From Sphingomonas sp. (GTDB lineage Bacteria; Pseudomonadota; Alphaproteobacteria; Sphingomonadales; Sphingomonadaceae): a stretch of 64,000 bases of DNA. Below the pieces are notes generated by a model. That model made no database searches. It worked only from the letters and a program-made list of their open reading frames with translations, and was not told the DNA's origin. A program made the translations under genes and the position numbers. Below, one piece after another: positions 20,261 to 33,610 of the stretch (the first letter of the stretch is position 1; each line of letters opens with the position of its first letter). The stretch is from the NCBI GenBank assembly GCA_965260965.1, contig CBDHCA010000003.1:781533-845532 (forward strand), written 5' to 3'.

Positions 20261-20384
20261 GGGCGGACGGCGGCGCCGCGGCCAAGCCAGCAGGTGCCAT
20301 GAGCGCCGCGGCCAAGCCGCGTCGTCGGTCCTCGTTGCACGAGGCCGGCCGGTCGGGCGGTCTGTTGTGATTAGCTTTCGCTAA

Positions 20385-20921
20385 TCACTTCGACCGCTCG
20401 ACCTGCTCGAACTCCAGTTCAACCGGCGTCGCTCTACCGAAGATGCTGACCGACACCTTTACGCGGGCCTTGTCGAAATCGAGTTCCTCCACGGTGCCGT
20501 TGAAGCTGGCGAAGGGGCCGTCGAGGACCTTGACCTGATCGCCGATCTCGTAATCGACCTTGATCTTCTGCTTGGGCTGAGCGGCGGCTTCCTCCTTGGA
20601 GTTGAGCATGCGCGCGGCCTCGGTCTCGCTGATCGCCTGCGGCTTGCCGGACGAACCCAGGAAGCCGGTGACCTTGGGCGTGTTCTTGACCAGGTGATAG
20701 ACGTCGTCGTTCAGGCTGAGCTTGGCGAGGACATAGCCGGGCATGAACTTGCGCTCGACCGCGACCTTCTTGCCGCGGCGCGCCTCCTGCACCGTCTCGG
20801 TCGGAACCTCGATCTGCTCGACGAGCTGGTCGAGGCCCATGCGGGTGGCCTCGGCCATGATCGAATCGCGAACCTTGCCCTCGAACCCCGAATAAGCGTG
20901 AATGATGTACCAGCGCGCCAT
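20385..20921 (-). CDS. nusG: Transcription termination/antitermination factor NusG
   Basis: MARWYIIHAYSGFE...MPGYVL and the KOW motif VKVLDGPFASFNG...VSIFGRATPVELEF. Confidence 0.98.
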   Translation of the reverse strand: MARWYIIHAYSGFEGKVRDSIMAEATRMGLDQLVEQIEVPTETVQEARRGKKVAVERKFMPGYVLAKLSLNDDVYHLVKNTPKVTGFLGSSGKPQAISETEAARMLNSKEEAAAQPKQKIKVDYEIGDQVKVLDGPFASFNGTVEELDFDKARVKVSVSIFGRATPVELEFEQVERSK

Positions 20922-20939
20922 GTGCGGCGAATCCTTATG

Positions 20940-21137
20940 CTATGCGGCGAATTTGAGGAGCAGGGCGACGATCTGTTCGAAGACCGTGTCGACCGCGAAG
21001 AAGAACAGCGCCAGGACGGTGGTCATGACGACGACCATGATCGCGGTCGTCACCGTCTCTCGCCGGGTGGGCCAGGTGACCTTCGCGGTCTCGGCCTTGA
21101 CCTGATTGATGAACTCGATGGGGGTCGTCTTCGCCAC
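20940..21137 (-). CDS. secE: Preprotein translocase subunit SecE
   Basis: FINQVKAETAKVTWPTRRET plus one TM helix, upstream of nusG. Confidence 0.96.
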   Translation of the reverse strand: MAKTTPIEFINQVKAETAKVTWPTRRETVTTAIMVVVMTTVLALFFFAVDTVFEQIVALLLKFAA

Positions 21138-21263
21138 GGGATCGGTCCTGCTGGTGGAAAGCGGCTCCCAAGAGCCGTGAGGGCCGGGGCCGCGTGATCT
21201 TCAGATATCGGAAGACGAAGGTGTAGCGCACGGGTCGCTGTCGTACAAGAGCCGGATGCGACG

Positions 21264-21296
21264 AAGCCGCCGCCCCCTGTCCGGGGCCGGCGGCTT
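21264..21296. terminator. GC-rich hairpin (putative terminator) downstream of the small exported gene
   Basis: AAGCCGCCG...CGGCGGCTT inverted repeat. Confidence 0.45.
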
Positions 21297-21319
21297 ATGG
21301 TGATCTGCGAAGGTGGGAG

Positions 21320-21613
21320 TTAGTTGCTGTCGGATCTGTTGTAGTTATTGTTATTGTTGTTGTTGACCGCCGCCAGAACGATCGCACCGACGCCGATCGC
21401 GACCATCGCACCAGCGGCGATGAGACCGGGACCACTTAATCCGGCGAAGGCGAGCTTCTCGCTGGAGTGCGTTGCCTTGCCGGCACGCACGGACGGGCTG
21501 AGCGACAGGCTCCTGGCGGAGGACGCCGAGGTCGACGCGGCGGGCTGCGCCAATGCAGGTACGGCGGCGAGCGAGGCGGCGGCGAAGGCGGTAAGCGCGG
21601 TGGTGATTTTCAT
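21320..21613 (-). CDS. Small exported/membrane hypothetical protein with poly-Asn tail
   Basis: Signal peptide MKITTALTAFAAASLAAVPALA, a Gly/Ala hydrophobic segment and the tail NNNNNNNYNRSDSN. Confidence 0.7.
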   Translation of the reverse strand: MKITTALTAFAAASLAAVPALAQPAASTSASSARSLSLSPSVRAGKATHSSEKLAFAGLSGPGLIAAGAMVAIGVGAIVLAAVNNNNNNNYNRSDSN

Positions 21614-21683
21614 GTGCAGTCTCCCTGAATCAGTTGAGTGTCAACGCCTTAATCCCTCGTCGCATCAATCGGTTCCGAGAAAA

Positions 21684-21760
21684 TGGCAGGGGCACTCGGA
21701 TTCGAACCGAGGGCCTTCGGTTTTGGAGACCGACGCTCTAACCAGCTGAGCTATGCCCCT
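21684..21760 (-). tRNA. tRNA-Trp(CCA)
   Basis: The minus strand reads AGGGGCATAGCTCAGCTGGTTAGAGCGTCGGT-CTCCAAA-ACCGA...GGTTCGAATCC...CCCCTGCCA. Confidence 0.96.
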
Positions 21761-22005
21761 GTGCAGCTCCGCCGTTATCGCGGCCGCCCCCGAGATACAA
21801 GATGCGACGTGGTCCGGTTGACCGCGCAGAGCCGGGCGGATATAGCCCCGTTGTCCGAAGGGGGAGCAAGTCCCTCGTGCGGGCGATTGAACATTGCTGG
21901 ATGCAGTTGTGGACCTGGGGGTGGCGATGCCGGCCCGATGGTCCTTTTTGTATTATCGAGCTTTCCCGCTCCGGCAAAGTAACCAATGGAAAGGTGAAGG
22001 CTTCA

Positions 22006-22377
22006 ATGCCGACGATCAACCAGCTGGTCCGCAAGGGCCGCGACCCGCAGAAGGCCAAGTCGAAGGTCCCTGCGATGGAGCAGAACCCGCAGAAGCGCGG
22101 CGTCTGCACCCGCGTCTATACGACGACGCCGAAGAAGCCGAACTCGGCGCTGAGGAAGGTAGCCAAGGTCCGCCTGACCAACCAGCGCGAAGTCATCAGC
22201 TACATCCCCGGCGAGGGGCACAATCTGCAGGAGCATTCGGTCGTGCTAATCCGTGGCGGCCGCGTTCGCGACCTGCCCGGTGTGCGCTACCACGTGTTGC
22301 GCGGCGTGCTCGACACGCAGGGCGTGAAGGACCGGCGCCAGAGCCGCTCCAAATACGGGGCGAAGCGGCCGAAGTAA
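22006..22377 (+). CDS. rpsL: 30S ribosomal protein S12
   Basis: [12 protein letters not shown]...[13 protein letters not shown]. Confidence 0.99.
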   Translation: MPTINQLVRKGRDPQKAKSKVPAMEQNPQKRGVCTRVYTTTPKKPNSALRKVAKVRLTNQREVISYIPGEGHNLQEHSVVLIRGGRVRDLPGVRYHVLRGVLDTQGVKDRRQSRSKYGAKRPK

Positions 22378-22420
22378 GCCGCGTCCCGTATTTTCTTCAA
22401 GCTTTTGAAAGGTAGCTGCA

Positions 22421-22891
22421 ATGGCTCGTCGTCGTCGTCCCGAGAAGCGGGAAATCCTGCCTGATCCCAAGTTCGGGGATGAGGTGCTGTCCAAGTTCAT
22501 GAACTCCGTCATGTATGACGGGAAGAAGTCGGTCGCAGAGCTGATCGTCTATGGCGCGATGGAAACCGTCGAGACGCGCGCCAAGCGCGAGCCGCTGGGC
22601 GTGTTCCACGATGCGCTCAACAACATCAAGCCGGGCATCGAGGTCCGCAGCCGCCGGGTTGGCGGTGCGACGTACCAGGTGCCGGTCGAGGTGCGGCCCG
22701 AGCGCGCGCAGGCGCTGGCGATCCGCTGGCTGATCTCGGCTGCGCGCTCGCGCAGCGAGAACACGATGGCCGCGCGGCTGTCGGGCGAGTTGCTCGATGC
22801 GTCCAACAATCGCGGCAACGCGGTCAAGAAGCGCGAAGACACGCATCGCATGGCCGAAGCCAACCGCGCCTTCTCGCATTATCGCTGGTAG
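22421..22891 (+). CDS. rpsG: 30S ribosomal protein S7
   Basis: [11 protein letters not shown]...[15 protein letters not shown]. Confidence 0.99.
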   Translation: MARRRRPEKREILPDPKFGDEVLSKFMNSVMYDGKKSVAELIVYGAMETVETRAKREPLGVFHDALNNIKPGIEVRSRRVGGATYQVPVEVRPERAQALAIRWLISAARSRSENTMAARLSGELLDASNNRGNAVKKREDTHRMAEANRAFSHYRW

Positions 22892-22923
22892 GCGCTATAT
22901 TGAGCTTGAGAGGGCGGTAGACG

Positions 22924-23202
22924 GTGGCGACTCATCTAGGCAGTGACCAGTTCGCATCCGACGAACGAATGGCGCGGCTGCATGAGATCATCGAAAATAG
23001 CGAAAAGCTGCAGCTAGAGCGGCAGAAGCTCCAGGCGGAGCGTCTCAAGCTTGAAGCCCAACGGTTAAGGATTGCGGCGGAGCGGCTCAAAACCGATGTC
23101 GACACCCGGATCGTGCCGTTCGCCACCGTTTTTCAGGGTCTGATCGCGATCGCCGCGCTGATTGGCGCGGGGGCGGCGATCGCCAAACTGTTCTTTCCCT
23201 GA
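22924..23202 (+). CDS. Hypothetical coiled-coil protein with C-terminal membrane anchor
   Basis: Heptad run KLQLERQKLQAERLKLEAQRL and a hydrophobic end, VFQGLIAIAALIGAGAAIAKLFFP. GTG start with a GAGAGG upstream. Confidence 0.65.
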   Translation: MATHLGSDQFASDERMARLHEIIENSEKLQLERQKLQAERLKLEAQRLRIAAERLKTDVDTRIVPFATVFQGLIAIAALIGAGAAIAKLFFP

Positions 23203-23254
23203 GTACGGCCCTGCCCTGCTCAATCGACATATTCTGACGTAAGGACTCACCATC

Positions 23255-25330
<2,076 letters not shown>

Positions 25331-25445
25331 GGGGTACAGGGGCAGGCCAGGCTGCTCCCTAGACGGCGAAAGGCCGGCCAGCCCCGGGCTATGGCCGAGG
25401 TCTTACGGCGCGGGATACATTTCCGCGTCGGCCCTGCGATAGAAA

Positions 25446-25476
25446 GAGGCCCGCTCCTGATCCGAGCGGGCCTTTT
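25446..25476 (+). terminator. Rho-independent terminator after fusA
   Basis: AGGCCCGCTC/GAGCGGGCCT stem followed by TTT. Confidence 0.7.
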
Positions 25477-25523
25477 CGCATGCGCGCTTTTCCCGAGCCT
25501 CAATCTGCGATATTTTCCGCGCG

Positions 25524-26099
25524 ATCAATGCTGTCGCGCCCGTCACGAACCTCCCCCAAAAGCTGAAGCTGCGGGTCGAGGACTATGAACTGCCGGAAGG
25601 CAGCGGCGCGTTCGAAGCTTACTGCAAGGCCGAGCTGGTCGATGGGGACATCTACATCGTGAACGCGCAATATGCTCGCCACGGATTGGTGAAGACGCGC
25701 CTGCTCTACGCACTGATGCTACGGCTGGGGGAGATCGGCGGCAGTTTGAACGTCTATTCCGAGGTGTCGCTTCGCGTTAGCCCGGACAGCATGCCGGAAC
25801 CGGACCTGTTTCTGGCTCCGCAGCAGGGCTTCGGCCCCGTAGCCGTAGCGGGAGTCGCGCTGGTCGTGGAAGTGTCGGATACGACGCTCGCGCTTGATCT
25901 GGGTCGCAAGGCCGATCTGTATGCCGCAGCGGGCGTGCCGGAATATTGGGCGGTCGACCTGAACGGGGGGCGGGTGGTTCGGCACGACGGGCCGGGCGAG
26001 GAGGGCTGTCGCCGCCGCTTCGAGATCCCGCTGGGGGAGGTCTTGCGTTCGGCGACCATCGATAGGCTGGAGATCCCGACGACTGAGCTGATGGGCTGA
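25524..26099 (+). CDS. Uma2-family (PD-(D/E)xK) putative endonuclease; start codon atypical or lost
   Basis: LKLRVEDY...AELVDGDIYIVNAQ, MPEPDL, LVVEVSDTTL and YAAAGVPEYWAVDL. The first canonical start (GTG 25659) lies inside the conserved region. Confidence 0.8.
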   Translation: MNAVAPVTNLPQKLKLRVEDYELPEGSGAFEAYCKAELVDGDIYIVNAQYARHGLVKTRLLYALMLRLGEIGGSLNVYSEVSLRVSPDSMPEPDLFLAPQQGFGPVAVAGVALVVEVSDTTLALDLGRKADLYAAAGVPEYWAVDLNGGRVVRHDGPGEEGCRRRFEIPLGEVLRSATIDRLEIPTTELMG

Positions 26100-26304
26100 T
26101 TTCGAGGCCATCCGCAGGACAATCGGTCGGCGCGCAAGTGCCTTGCGCGGATCGCTTCGGCCCGCTATGGACGCCTGCGTCGTAAGGGGCTGGGCGGTGA
26201 CGCCCGGCTTCTTGTGCTTTACGGGGCCCGGACTCCGTTCCACTATCGTATCGTGATCACGCGGCCCGCCGACATTCCAGGCGGCGCGCTGTAGAGGGAA
26301 GAAC

Positions 26305-27498
<1,194 letters not shown>

Positions 27499-27514
27499 TA
27501 TAGCGTTCGGCATC

Positions 27515-27552
27515 GGCCGGCCCCGAGACCCGGGGCCGGTCGTTTGCTTTTA
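27515..27552 (+). terminator. Hairpin with T-rich tail between tuf and rpsJ
   Basis: GGCCGGCCCCG/CGGGGCCGGTC stem followed by GTTTGCTTTT. Confidence 0.5.
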
Positions 27553-27656
27553 GTGTAGGCGTGTAAATCAAGAGGCGGTCGCAGGACGCGTCGTGCCGGT
27601 GGAAGCCGGGACGAGGGGTCGGCGAGCCGTTCCGCTCTTTCGCATCGGTAGGGACC

Positions 27657-27965
27657 ATGGACAACAACATCCGTATTCGCCTGAAGGCGTTCGATCATCG
27701 CGTGCTCGACCAGGCGGCCGGCGACATCGCCGATACCGCGCGGCGTACCGGTGCGCTGATCCGTGGGCCTATTCCGCTGCCGACGCATATCGACAAATTC
27801 ACGGTCAACCGTGGCCCGCACATCGACAAGAAGAGCCGCGAGCAGTTCGAGACGCGCACGTACAAGCGGTTGCTCGACATCGTGCAGCCGACGCCGCAGA
27901 CGGTCGACGCGCTGATGAAGCTCGATCTGGCGGCAGGGGTGGACGTGGAGATCAAACTGGCCTAA
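27657..27965 (+). CDS. rpsJ: 30S ribosomal protein S10
   Basis: [14 protein letters not shown]...[11 protein letters not shown]. Confidence 0.99.
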   Translation: MDNNIRIRLKAFDHRVLDQAAGDIADTARRTGALIRGPIPLPTHIDKFTVNRGPHIDKKSREQFETRTYKRLLDIVQPTPQTVDALMKLDLAAGVDVEIKLA

Positions 27966-28206
27966 GGGCACTTGGCAGCGCGGTCGACGTACTCGTCCCG
28001 TGCGCCACGACATTAGAGATACCGCCGGTGGCTTCGCCGCCGGGACAGCGTCTCCCGTCATGTTCCTTGTCAAAGGGACGACCAGCCCGGGACGGGGGCT
28101 CGCTTCGCAATTCCGGGCTGATCGGACTCGATCGAAGGTGACTTCGGCGGGTGCCGACACGCACTGCGGGATTTCCCCCCAGTGCCTCTGTTGAGGAGTG
28201 TGGATC

Positions 28207-29067
28207 ATGCGCACTGGCGTGATCGCGAAGAAGATGGGGATGACCCGCCTGTTCCAGGACGACGGCCGGCATGTGCCGGTCACCGTGCTGCATCTGGACG
28301 ATGTGCAGGTCGTGTCCCGCCGCGAGATGGATACCGACGGCTATACCGCCGTCCAGCTTGGTGCCGGGAGCGCCAAGGTCAAGAATGTCGCGAAGCCGCA
28401 GCGCGGCCATTTCGGCAAGGCCGAGGTGGAGCCCAAGGCAGTGCTGCACGAGTTCCGCGTCGATGAGGACGGGCTGCTCGATGTCGGCGCCGAGTTGTCG
28501 GCCGATCATTTCGTCGCCGGCCAGATGGTAGACATCCAGGGCCGGACGCAGGGCAAGGGCTTTGCCGGCGGCATGAAGCGCTGGGGCTTCGGCGGTCTGC
28601 GCGCGACGCACGGCGTGTCGGTGTCGCACCGCTCGCTGGGTTCGACCGGCCAGCGCCAGGATCCGGGCAAGGTCTTCAAGAACAAGAAGATGGCCGGGCA
28701 CATGGGCGACAAGTATCGCACCCAGCAGAATCTGGAGATCGTCTCCACCGATGCGGCGCGCGGGCTGATCTTCGTGCGCGGATCGGTGCCGGGATCGAAG
28801 GGCGGATGGCTGTTCGTGAAGGACGCGGTCAAGGTCGCGCGCCATCCCGACGCGCCGTTCCCCGCCGGCCTGCGCGCGCCCGAGCATGACGAGGAGCCGG
28901 CGGACATCGCGGTCGAGGAGGGCGCGGTGCACGAGCTGCCGGCCGATCCGAGCGCCGAGGAAGTGACCGCCGGTGCCGCGGCGGCCGATGCCGCCGGCGC
29001 GGGCGAGGTCGATCCGGGCAGCGTGCCCCCCGCCGATGGCGGTCCCACCACCGGCCAGGAGGGCTGA
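28207..29067 (+). CDS. rplC: 50S ribosomal protein L3 with acidic C-terminal extension
   Basis: [22 protein letters not shown] and KKMAGHMG. Confidence 0.98.
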   Translation: MRTGVIAKKMGMTRLFQDDGRHVPVTVLHLDDVQVVSRREMDTDGYTAVQLGAGSAKVKNVAKPQRGHFGKAEVEPKAVLHEFRVDEDGLLDVGAELSADHFVAGQMVDIQGRTQGKGFAGGMKRWGFGGLRATHGVSVSHRSLGSTGQRQDPGKVFKNKKMAGHMGDKYRTQQNLEIVSTDAARGLIFVRGSVPGSKGGWLFVKDAVKVARHPDAPFPAGLRAPEHDEEPADIAVEEGAVHELPADPSAEEVTAGAAAADAAGAGEVDPGSVPPADGGPTTGQEG

Positions 29068-29069
29068 GC

Positions 29070-29696
29070 ATGCAGATCAAGGTTCAATCCTTTGCCGGCG
29101 GCGACGGCGCCGAACTCGAATTGTCGGACGACGTGTTCGGGCTGGATCCGCGCGCGGACATCCTGCACCGCGTGGTCATCTGGCAGTTGGAGAAGCGCCG
29201 GGGGACGGCGCGCGGGACGCGCGAGCGCGCCGATGTGGCGCGCACGGGCAAGAAGTTCGGGCGCCAGAAGGGCGGCGGCACGGCGCGGCACGGCGACCGG
29301 CGTGCGCCGGTCTTCATCGGCGGCGGCAAGGCGCATGGCGCGCGGGTCCGCGACTTCAACCCGTCGCTCAACAAGAAGGTGCGCGCGCTGGGGCTGAAGA
29401 TGGCGCTGTCGAGCCATGCGAAGAACGGCTCGCTGGTGGTGATGGACTCGCTGGCGGTCGAGGGCGGCAAGACGAAGGCACTGGCAGGGAGTCTGGCGTC
29501 GATGGGCTTCGGCAAATCGGCGCTGGTGATCGACGGCGACGCGGTCGACACCAGCTTCGCGCATGCCGCGGGCAATCTGTTCGGGATCGACGTGCTGCCG
29601 GCGATGGGCGCCAACGTCTATGACATACTGAAGCATGACACGCTGGTGCTGACGCGCGCGGCGGTGGAGAAGCTGGAGGCGCGCTTCAATGGCTAA
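29070..29696 (+). CDS. rplD: 50S ribosomal protein L4
   Basis: [11 protein letters not shown] and LNKKVRALG. Confidence 0.98.
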   Translation: MQIKVQSFAGGDGAELELSDDVFGLDPRADILHRVVIWQLEKRRGTARGTRERADVARTGKKFGRQKGGGTARHGDRRAPVFIGGGKAHGARVRDFNPSLNKKVRALGLKMALSSHAKNGSLVVMDSLAVEGGKTKALAGSLASMGFGKSALVIDGDAVDTSFAHAAGNLFGIDVLPAMGANVYDILKHDTLVLTRAAVEKLEARFNG

Positions 29697-30000
29697 GCAG
29701 CAAAAGGCGATCGACAATCGTCATTATAACACGATCGTGGCGCCGCACATTACCGAGAAGGCGACGATGCTGACCGAGTATAATGGCGTGGTGTTCAAGG
29801 TGGCGAACGGCGCTTCAAAGCCCGAGATCAAGGCGGCGGTCGAGGCGCTGTTCGACGTGAGCGTGCTGAGCGTGAACACGATTGTCCAAAAGGGCAAGAC
29901 GAAGCGCTGGAAGGGCGAGAAGTACCAGCGCAGCGACATGAAGAAGGCGATCGTCCGGTTGAAGGACGGCGACTCCATCGACGTGACGACAGGGGTCTGA
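29689..30000 (+). CDS. rplW: 50S ribosomal protein L23
   Basis: [19 protein letters not shown] and KKAIVRL. Confidence 0.98.
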   Translation: MAKQQKAIDNRHYNTIVAPHITEKATMLTEYNGVVFKVANGASKPEIKAAVEALFDVSVLSVNTIVQKGKTKRWKGEKYQRSDMKKAIVRLKDGDSIDVTTGV

Positions 30001-30004
30001 GGAC

Positions 30005-30844
30005 ATGGCACTCAAGCATTACAATCCGACCAGTCCCGCACGGCGTGGGCTGGTGCTGGTCGACAAGTCGCAGCTCTACAAGGGCAGCCCGGTCAAGGCG
30101 CTGACCGAGGGCAAGCGCAAGACCGGCGGACGCAACAACAAGGGCCATGTGACGAGCCGCGGTATCGCGGGTGGGCACAAGCAGCGCTATCGCTACGTCG
30201 ATTTCAAGCGCCGCAAATGGGACGTCGAGGGCGTCATCGAGCGGATCGAATATGATCCCAACCGCACCGCGTTCATCGCGCTGGTCAAATATAGCGACGA
30301 GGAAGTCGCGTATATCCTGGCGCCGCAGCGACTGAACGTCGGCGACAAGGTGCTGGCGGCCAAGCGCACGGACGTGAAGCCGGGCAACGCGATGGAACTG
30401 GGCCAGATGCCGGTCGGCACGATCGTCCACAATGTCGAGATGAAGCCCGGCAAGGGCGGGCAGATCGCGCGGTCGGCGGGTACCTATGTGCAGGTCGTCG
30501 GGCGTGATCGCGGCATGGTGATCGTGCGGCTGAACTCGGGCGAGCAGCGGTACATCCACGGCGACTGCATGGCGACTGTGGGCGCGGTTTCGAACCCCGA
30601 CAACCAGAACCAGAATCTGGGCAAAGCCGGTCGCTCGCGCTGGATGGGCAAGCGCCCGCTCACGCGCGGCGTCGCCAAGAACCCGGTCGACCATCCGCAT
30701 GGCGGTGGTGAGGGCCGGACGTCCGGCGGGCGCCATCCGGTGACGCCGTGGGGCAAGCCGACCAAGGGTGCGCGCACCCGTCACAACAAGTCGACCGACA
30801 AGATGATCATCCGGTCGCGTCACTCGACGAAGAGGAAGGGCTAA
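30005..30844 (+). CDS. rplB: 50S ribosomal protein L2
   Basis: [15 protein letters not shown] and [12 protein letters not shown]. Confidence 0.99.
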   Translation: MALKHYNPTSPARRGLVLVDKSQLYKGSPVKALTEGKRKTGGRNNKGHVTSRGIAGGHKQRYRYVDFKRRKWDVEGVIERIEYDPNRTAFIALVKYSDEEVAYILAPQRLNVGDKVLAAKRTDVKPGNAMELGQMPVGTIVHNVEMKPGKGGQIARSAGTYVQVVGRDRGMVIVRLNSGEQRYIHGDCMATVGAVSNPDNQNQNLGKAGRSRWMGKRPLTRGVAKNPVDHPHGGGEGRTSGGRHPVTPWGKPTKGARTRHNKSTDKMIIRSRHSTKRKG

Positions 30845-31120
30845 ATGGCTCGCTCAGTCTGGAAGGGTCCGTTCGTGGACCTTCACCTGCTCAAGAAGGC
30901 GGAGACCGCGCAGGACTCCGGTGGGCGCGCGCCGATCAAGACATGGTCGCGCCGCTCGACGATCCTGCCGCAGTTCGTCGGCCTGACGTTCAATGTCTAT
31001 AACGGTCGCAAGTTCGTGCCCGTGTCGGTCAACGAGGACATGGTCGGCATGAAGCTGGGCGAGTTCGCGCCGACGCGTTACTTTCCGGGCCACGCCGCCG
31101 ACAAGAAGGGCAAGCGCTGA
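30845..31120 (+). CDS. rpsS: 30S ribosomal protein S19
   Basis: [12 protein letters not shown]...KLGEFAPTR. Confidence 0.99.
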   Translation: MARSVWKGPFVDLHLLKKAETAQDSGGRAPIKTWSRRSTILPQFVGLTFNVYNGRKFVPVSVNEDMVGMKLGEFAPTRYFPGHAADKKGKR

Positions 31121-31497
31121 TGGGCAAGCAGGTCAATCCGCGCCGCGTCGATGAGAATGAAGCGCTGTCGGTCGGGATCAACATCCGTGGTTCGGCGCAG
31201 AAGCTGAACCTGGTCGCCGGCCTGATCCGGGGCCGCAAGGCCGGGGACGCGATGAACATCCTCCAGTTCTCGACCAAGGCAATGGCGGTCGATGTCCGCA
31301 AGGTGCTGGCATCGGCGATCGCGAACGCCGAGAACAACCATAACCTGGATGTCGACGCGCTGGTCGTGAAAGAGGCGAGCGTCGGCAAGGGCATCGTGAT
31401 GAAGCGGTTCGCGACGCGCGGCCGTGGCAAGTCCACGCGCATCCTGAAGCCGTTCAGTCGAGTGCGCATCGTGGTGCGCGAGCAGGAAGAAGCATAA
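31120..31497 (+). CDS. rplV: 50S ribosomal protein L22
   Basis: [14 protein letters not shown] and SAIANAENN. Confidence 0.98.
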   Translation: MGKQVNPRRVDENEALSVGINIRGSAQKLNLVAGLIRGRKAGDAMNILQFSTKAMAVDVRKVLASAIANAENNHNLDVDALVVKEASVGKGIVMKRFATRGRGKSTRILKPFSRVRIVVREQEEA

Positions 31498-32204
31498 TGG
31501 GTCAAAAGAGCAACCCGATCGGGCTTCGGCTGCAGATCAACCGCACCTGGGACAGCCGGTGGTTTGCCGAGGGCGCCGAATATGGCCGCCTGTTGCTGGA
31601 GGATCTGAAGATCCGCCAGTACATCATGAAGACGATGCCGCAGGCAGCGATCAGCAAGGTAGTGATCGAGCGTCCCGCGAAGCTGTGCCGCATCTCAATC
31701 TATGCGGCGCGCCCCGGTGTCATCATCGGGAAGAAGGGCACCGACATCGAGCGGCTTCGCAAGAAGATCGGTTCGATGACCGCGTCCGACGTGTCGCTGA
31801 ACATCGTCGAGATCAGGAAGCCCGAGGTCGACGCGCGACTGGTCGCGCAGGGCATCGCCGACCAGCTGGAACGCCGGATCGCATTCCGCCGGGCGATGAA
31901 GCGCGCGGTGCAGTCGGCGTTGCGGCTGGGTGCCGAAGGCATCCGCGTTTCATGCGGTGGCCGGCTGGGTGGCGCGGAGATCGCGCGGACCGAGGGCTAT
32001 CGCGAGGGTCGCGTGCCGCTGCATACGCTGCGCGCGAACATCGATTATGCCGAGGCCGAGGCGCATACCTCTTACGGCGTGTGCGGCGTGAAGGTCTGGG
32101 TCTTCAAGGGCGAGATCCTGGGTCACGACCCGATGGCGACCGACCGGTTGATGATGGAGGCACAGACCTCCGGCGTGCGCCCGGCGCGCGACGACCGGCG
32201 TTGA
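31497..32204 (+). CDS. rpsC: 30S ribosomal protein S3
   Basis: [12 protein letters not shown] and [14 protein letters not shown]. Confidence 0.99.
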   Translation: MGQKSNPIGLRLQINRTWDSRWFAEGAEYGRLLLEDLKIRQYIMKTMPQAAISKVVIERPAKLCRISIYAARPGVIIGKKGTDIERLRKKIGSMTASDVSLNIVEIRKPEVDARLVAQGIADQLERRIAFRRAMKRAVQSALRLGAEGIRVSCGGRLGGAEIARTEGYREGRVPLHTLRANIDYAEAEAHTSYGVCGVKVWVFKGEILGHDPMATDRLMMEAQTSGVRPARDDRR

Positions 32205-32215
32205 GGTAGAAGACG

Positions 32216-32650
32216 ATGCTACAACCCAAACGCACCAAGTTCCGCAAGGCCTTCAAGGGCCGGATCCACGGCGACGCCAAGGGCGGCACCGCGCTCAATT
32301 TCGGCTCTTACGGGCTGAAGGCGATGGAGCCGGACCGGATCACCGCGCGCCAGATCGAGGCGGCGCGTCGCGCGATCACGCGCCACATCAAGCGCCAGGG
32401 GCGTTTGTGGATCCGGGTGTTCCCGGACGTGCCGGTTTCGTCGAAGCCTGCCGAGGTCCGCATGGGATCGGGCAAGGGATCGCCCGAATTCTGGGCCGCG
32501 CGGGTGAAGCCGGGTCGCATCCTGTTCGAGCTGGACGGGGTCGACGGGCCGCTGGCGGCCGAGGCGTTCGAGCGGGCGGCGATGAAGCTGCCGATCAAGA
32601 CGAAGGTGGTTGCCCGGCTGGGCGACACGAGCCATCTGGAGCGGAACTGA
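32216..32650 (+). CDS. rplP: 50S ribosomal protein L16
   Basis: [11 protein letters not shown] and VRMGSGKG. Confidence 0.99.
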   Translation: MLQPKRTKFRKAFKGRIHGDAKGGTALNFGSYGLKAMEPDRITARQIEAARRAITRHIKRQGRLWIRVFPDVPVSSKPAEVRMGSGKGSPEFWAARVKPGRILFELDGVDGPLAAEAFERAAMKLPIKTKVVARLGDTSHLERN

Positions 32651-32651
32651 C

Positions 32652-32861
32652 ATGGCGCGTATCGACGACATGAAGACCAAGAGCGACGACCAGCTGACCG
32701 AACAGCTAGGCCAGCTGAAGCGCGAGCAGTTCAACCTGCGCTTCCAGGCGGCGACCAACCAGCTGGAGAAGCCGAGCCGCGTCAGGGAGGTCCGCCGCGA
32801 CATCGCGCGGATCAAGACATTGCAGCATCAGCGGACCTCCTCCGCGGCCGCAGCCAAGTAA
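32652..32861 (+). CDS. rpmC: 50S ribosomal protein L29
   Basis: [11 protein letters not shown] and [10 protein letters not shown]. Confidence 0.98.
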   Translation: MARIDDMKTKSDDQLTEQLGQLKREQFNLRFQAATNQLEKPSRVREVRRDIARIKTLQHQRTSSAAAAK

Positions 32862-32873
32862 GGAAGAGACAAC

Positions 32874-33146
32874 ATGCCGAAGCGCGTGCTGACCGGGGTG
32901 ATCGTCTCGGACAAGACCGACAAGACCGTGGTGGTGAACGTGGAGCGCAAGGTGAAGCACCCGCTCTATGGCAAGATCATCCGCCGGTCGAAGAAGTATC
33001 ATGCCCATGACGAGGACAATGCGTTCAAGTTGGGCGAGACGGTGCGGATCGAGGAGACGGCACCGATCTCAAAGCTGAAGACGTGGAAGGTCGTCGAGAG
33101 CGTCAACACGCACGCGACGCCGGAGCGAGCTTCGGCCGAGGGTTGA
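32874..33146 (+). CDS. rpsQ: 30S ribosomal protein S17
   Basis: [14 protein letters not shown] and PISKLKTW. Confidence 0.98.
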   Translation: MPKRVLTGVIVSDKTDKTVVVNVERKVKHPLYGKIIRRSKKYHAHDEDNAFKLGETVRIEETAPISKLKTWKVVESVNTHATPERASAEG

Positions 33147-33241
33147 CGAGACCCGGAACCCGGCCTTCGCCGGAGTGACGGGACAGGAAGCAGGCGGGTG
33201 CCGGTCAGCAATCGGCCCCAGATGAGAAGGAAGTCGGATCG

Positions 33242-33610
33242 ATGATCCAGATGCAGTCCAATCTCGACGTCGCGGACAATAGCGGCGCGAAGCGCGTCCA
33301 GTGCATCAAGGTACTGGGCGGGTCGAAGCGTCGCACCGCGAGCGTCGGCGATATTATCGTCGTCTCCATCAAGGAGGCGCAGCCGCGCGGCAAGGTGAAG
33401 AAGGGCGACGTGCACCGCGCCGTCATCGTTCGCACCGCCAAGGACATCCACCGCGCGGACGGATCGACCATCCGGTTCGACTCAAACGCCGCGGTGCTGG
33501 TCAACAAGAACGAGGAGCCGATCGGCACGCGTATCTTTGGACCTGTCGTGCGCGAACTGCGTGGCCGCAAGCATATGAAGATCATCAGCCTTGCGCCGGA
33601 GGTGCTGTGA
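33242..33610 (+). CDS. rplN: 50S ribosomal protein L14
   Basis: [15 protein letters not shown] and SLAPEVL. Confidence 0.99.
   Translation: MIQMQSNLDVADNSGAKRVQCIKVLGGSKRRTASVGDIIVVSIKEAQPRGKVKKGDVHRAVIVRTAKDIHRADGSTIRFDSNAAVLVNKNEEPIGTRIFGPVVRELRGRKHMKIISLAPEVL

Noticed and set aside
20270-20320. 16-bp direct repeat GCGCCGCGGCCAAGCC downstream of the R-M gene
   Set aside because: A short local GC-rich duplication with no matching copy at the other island boundary, so it is not a credible att site.
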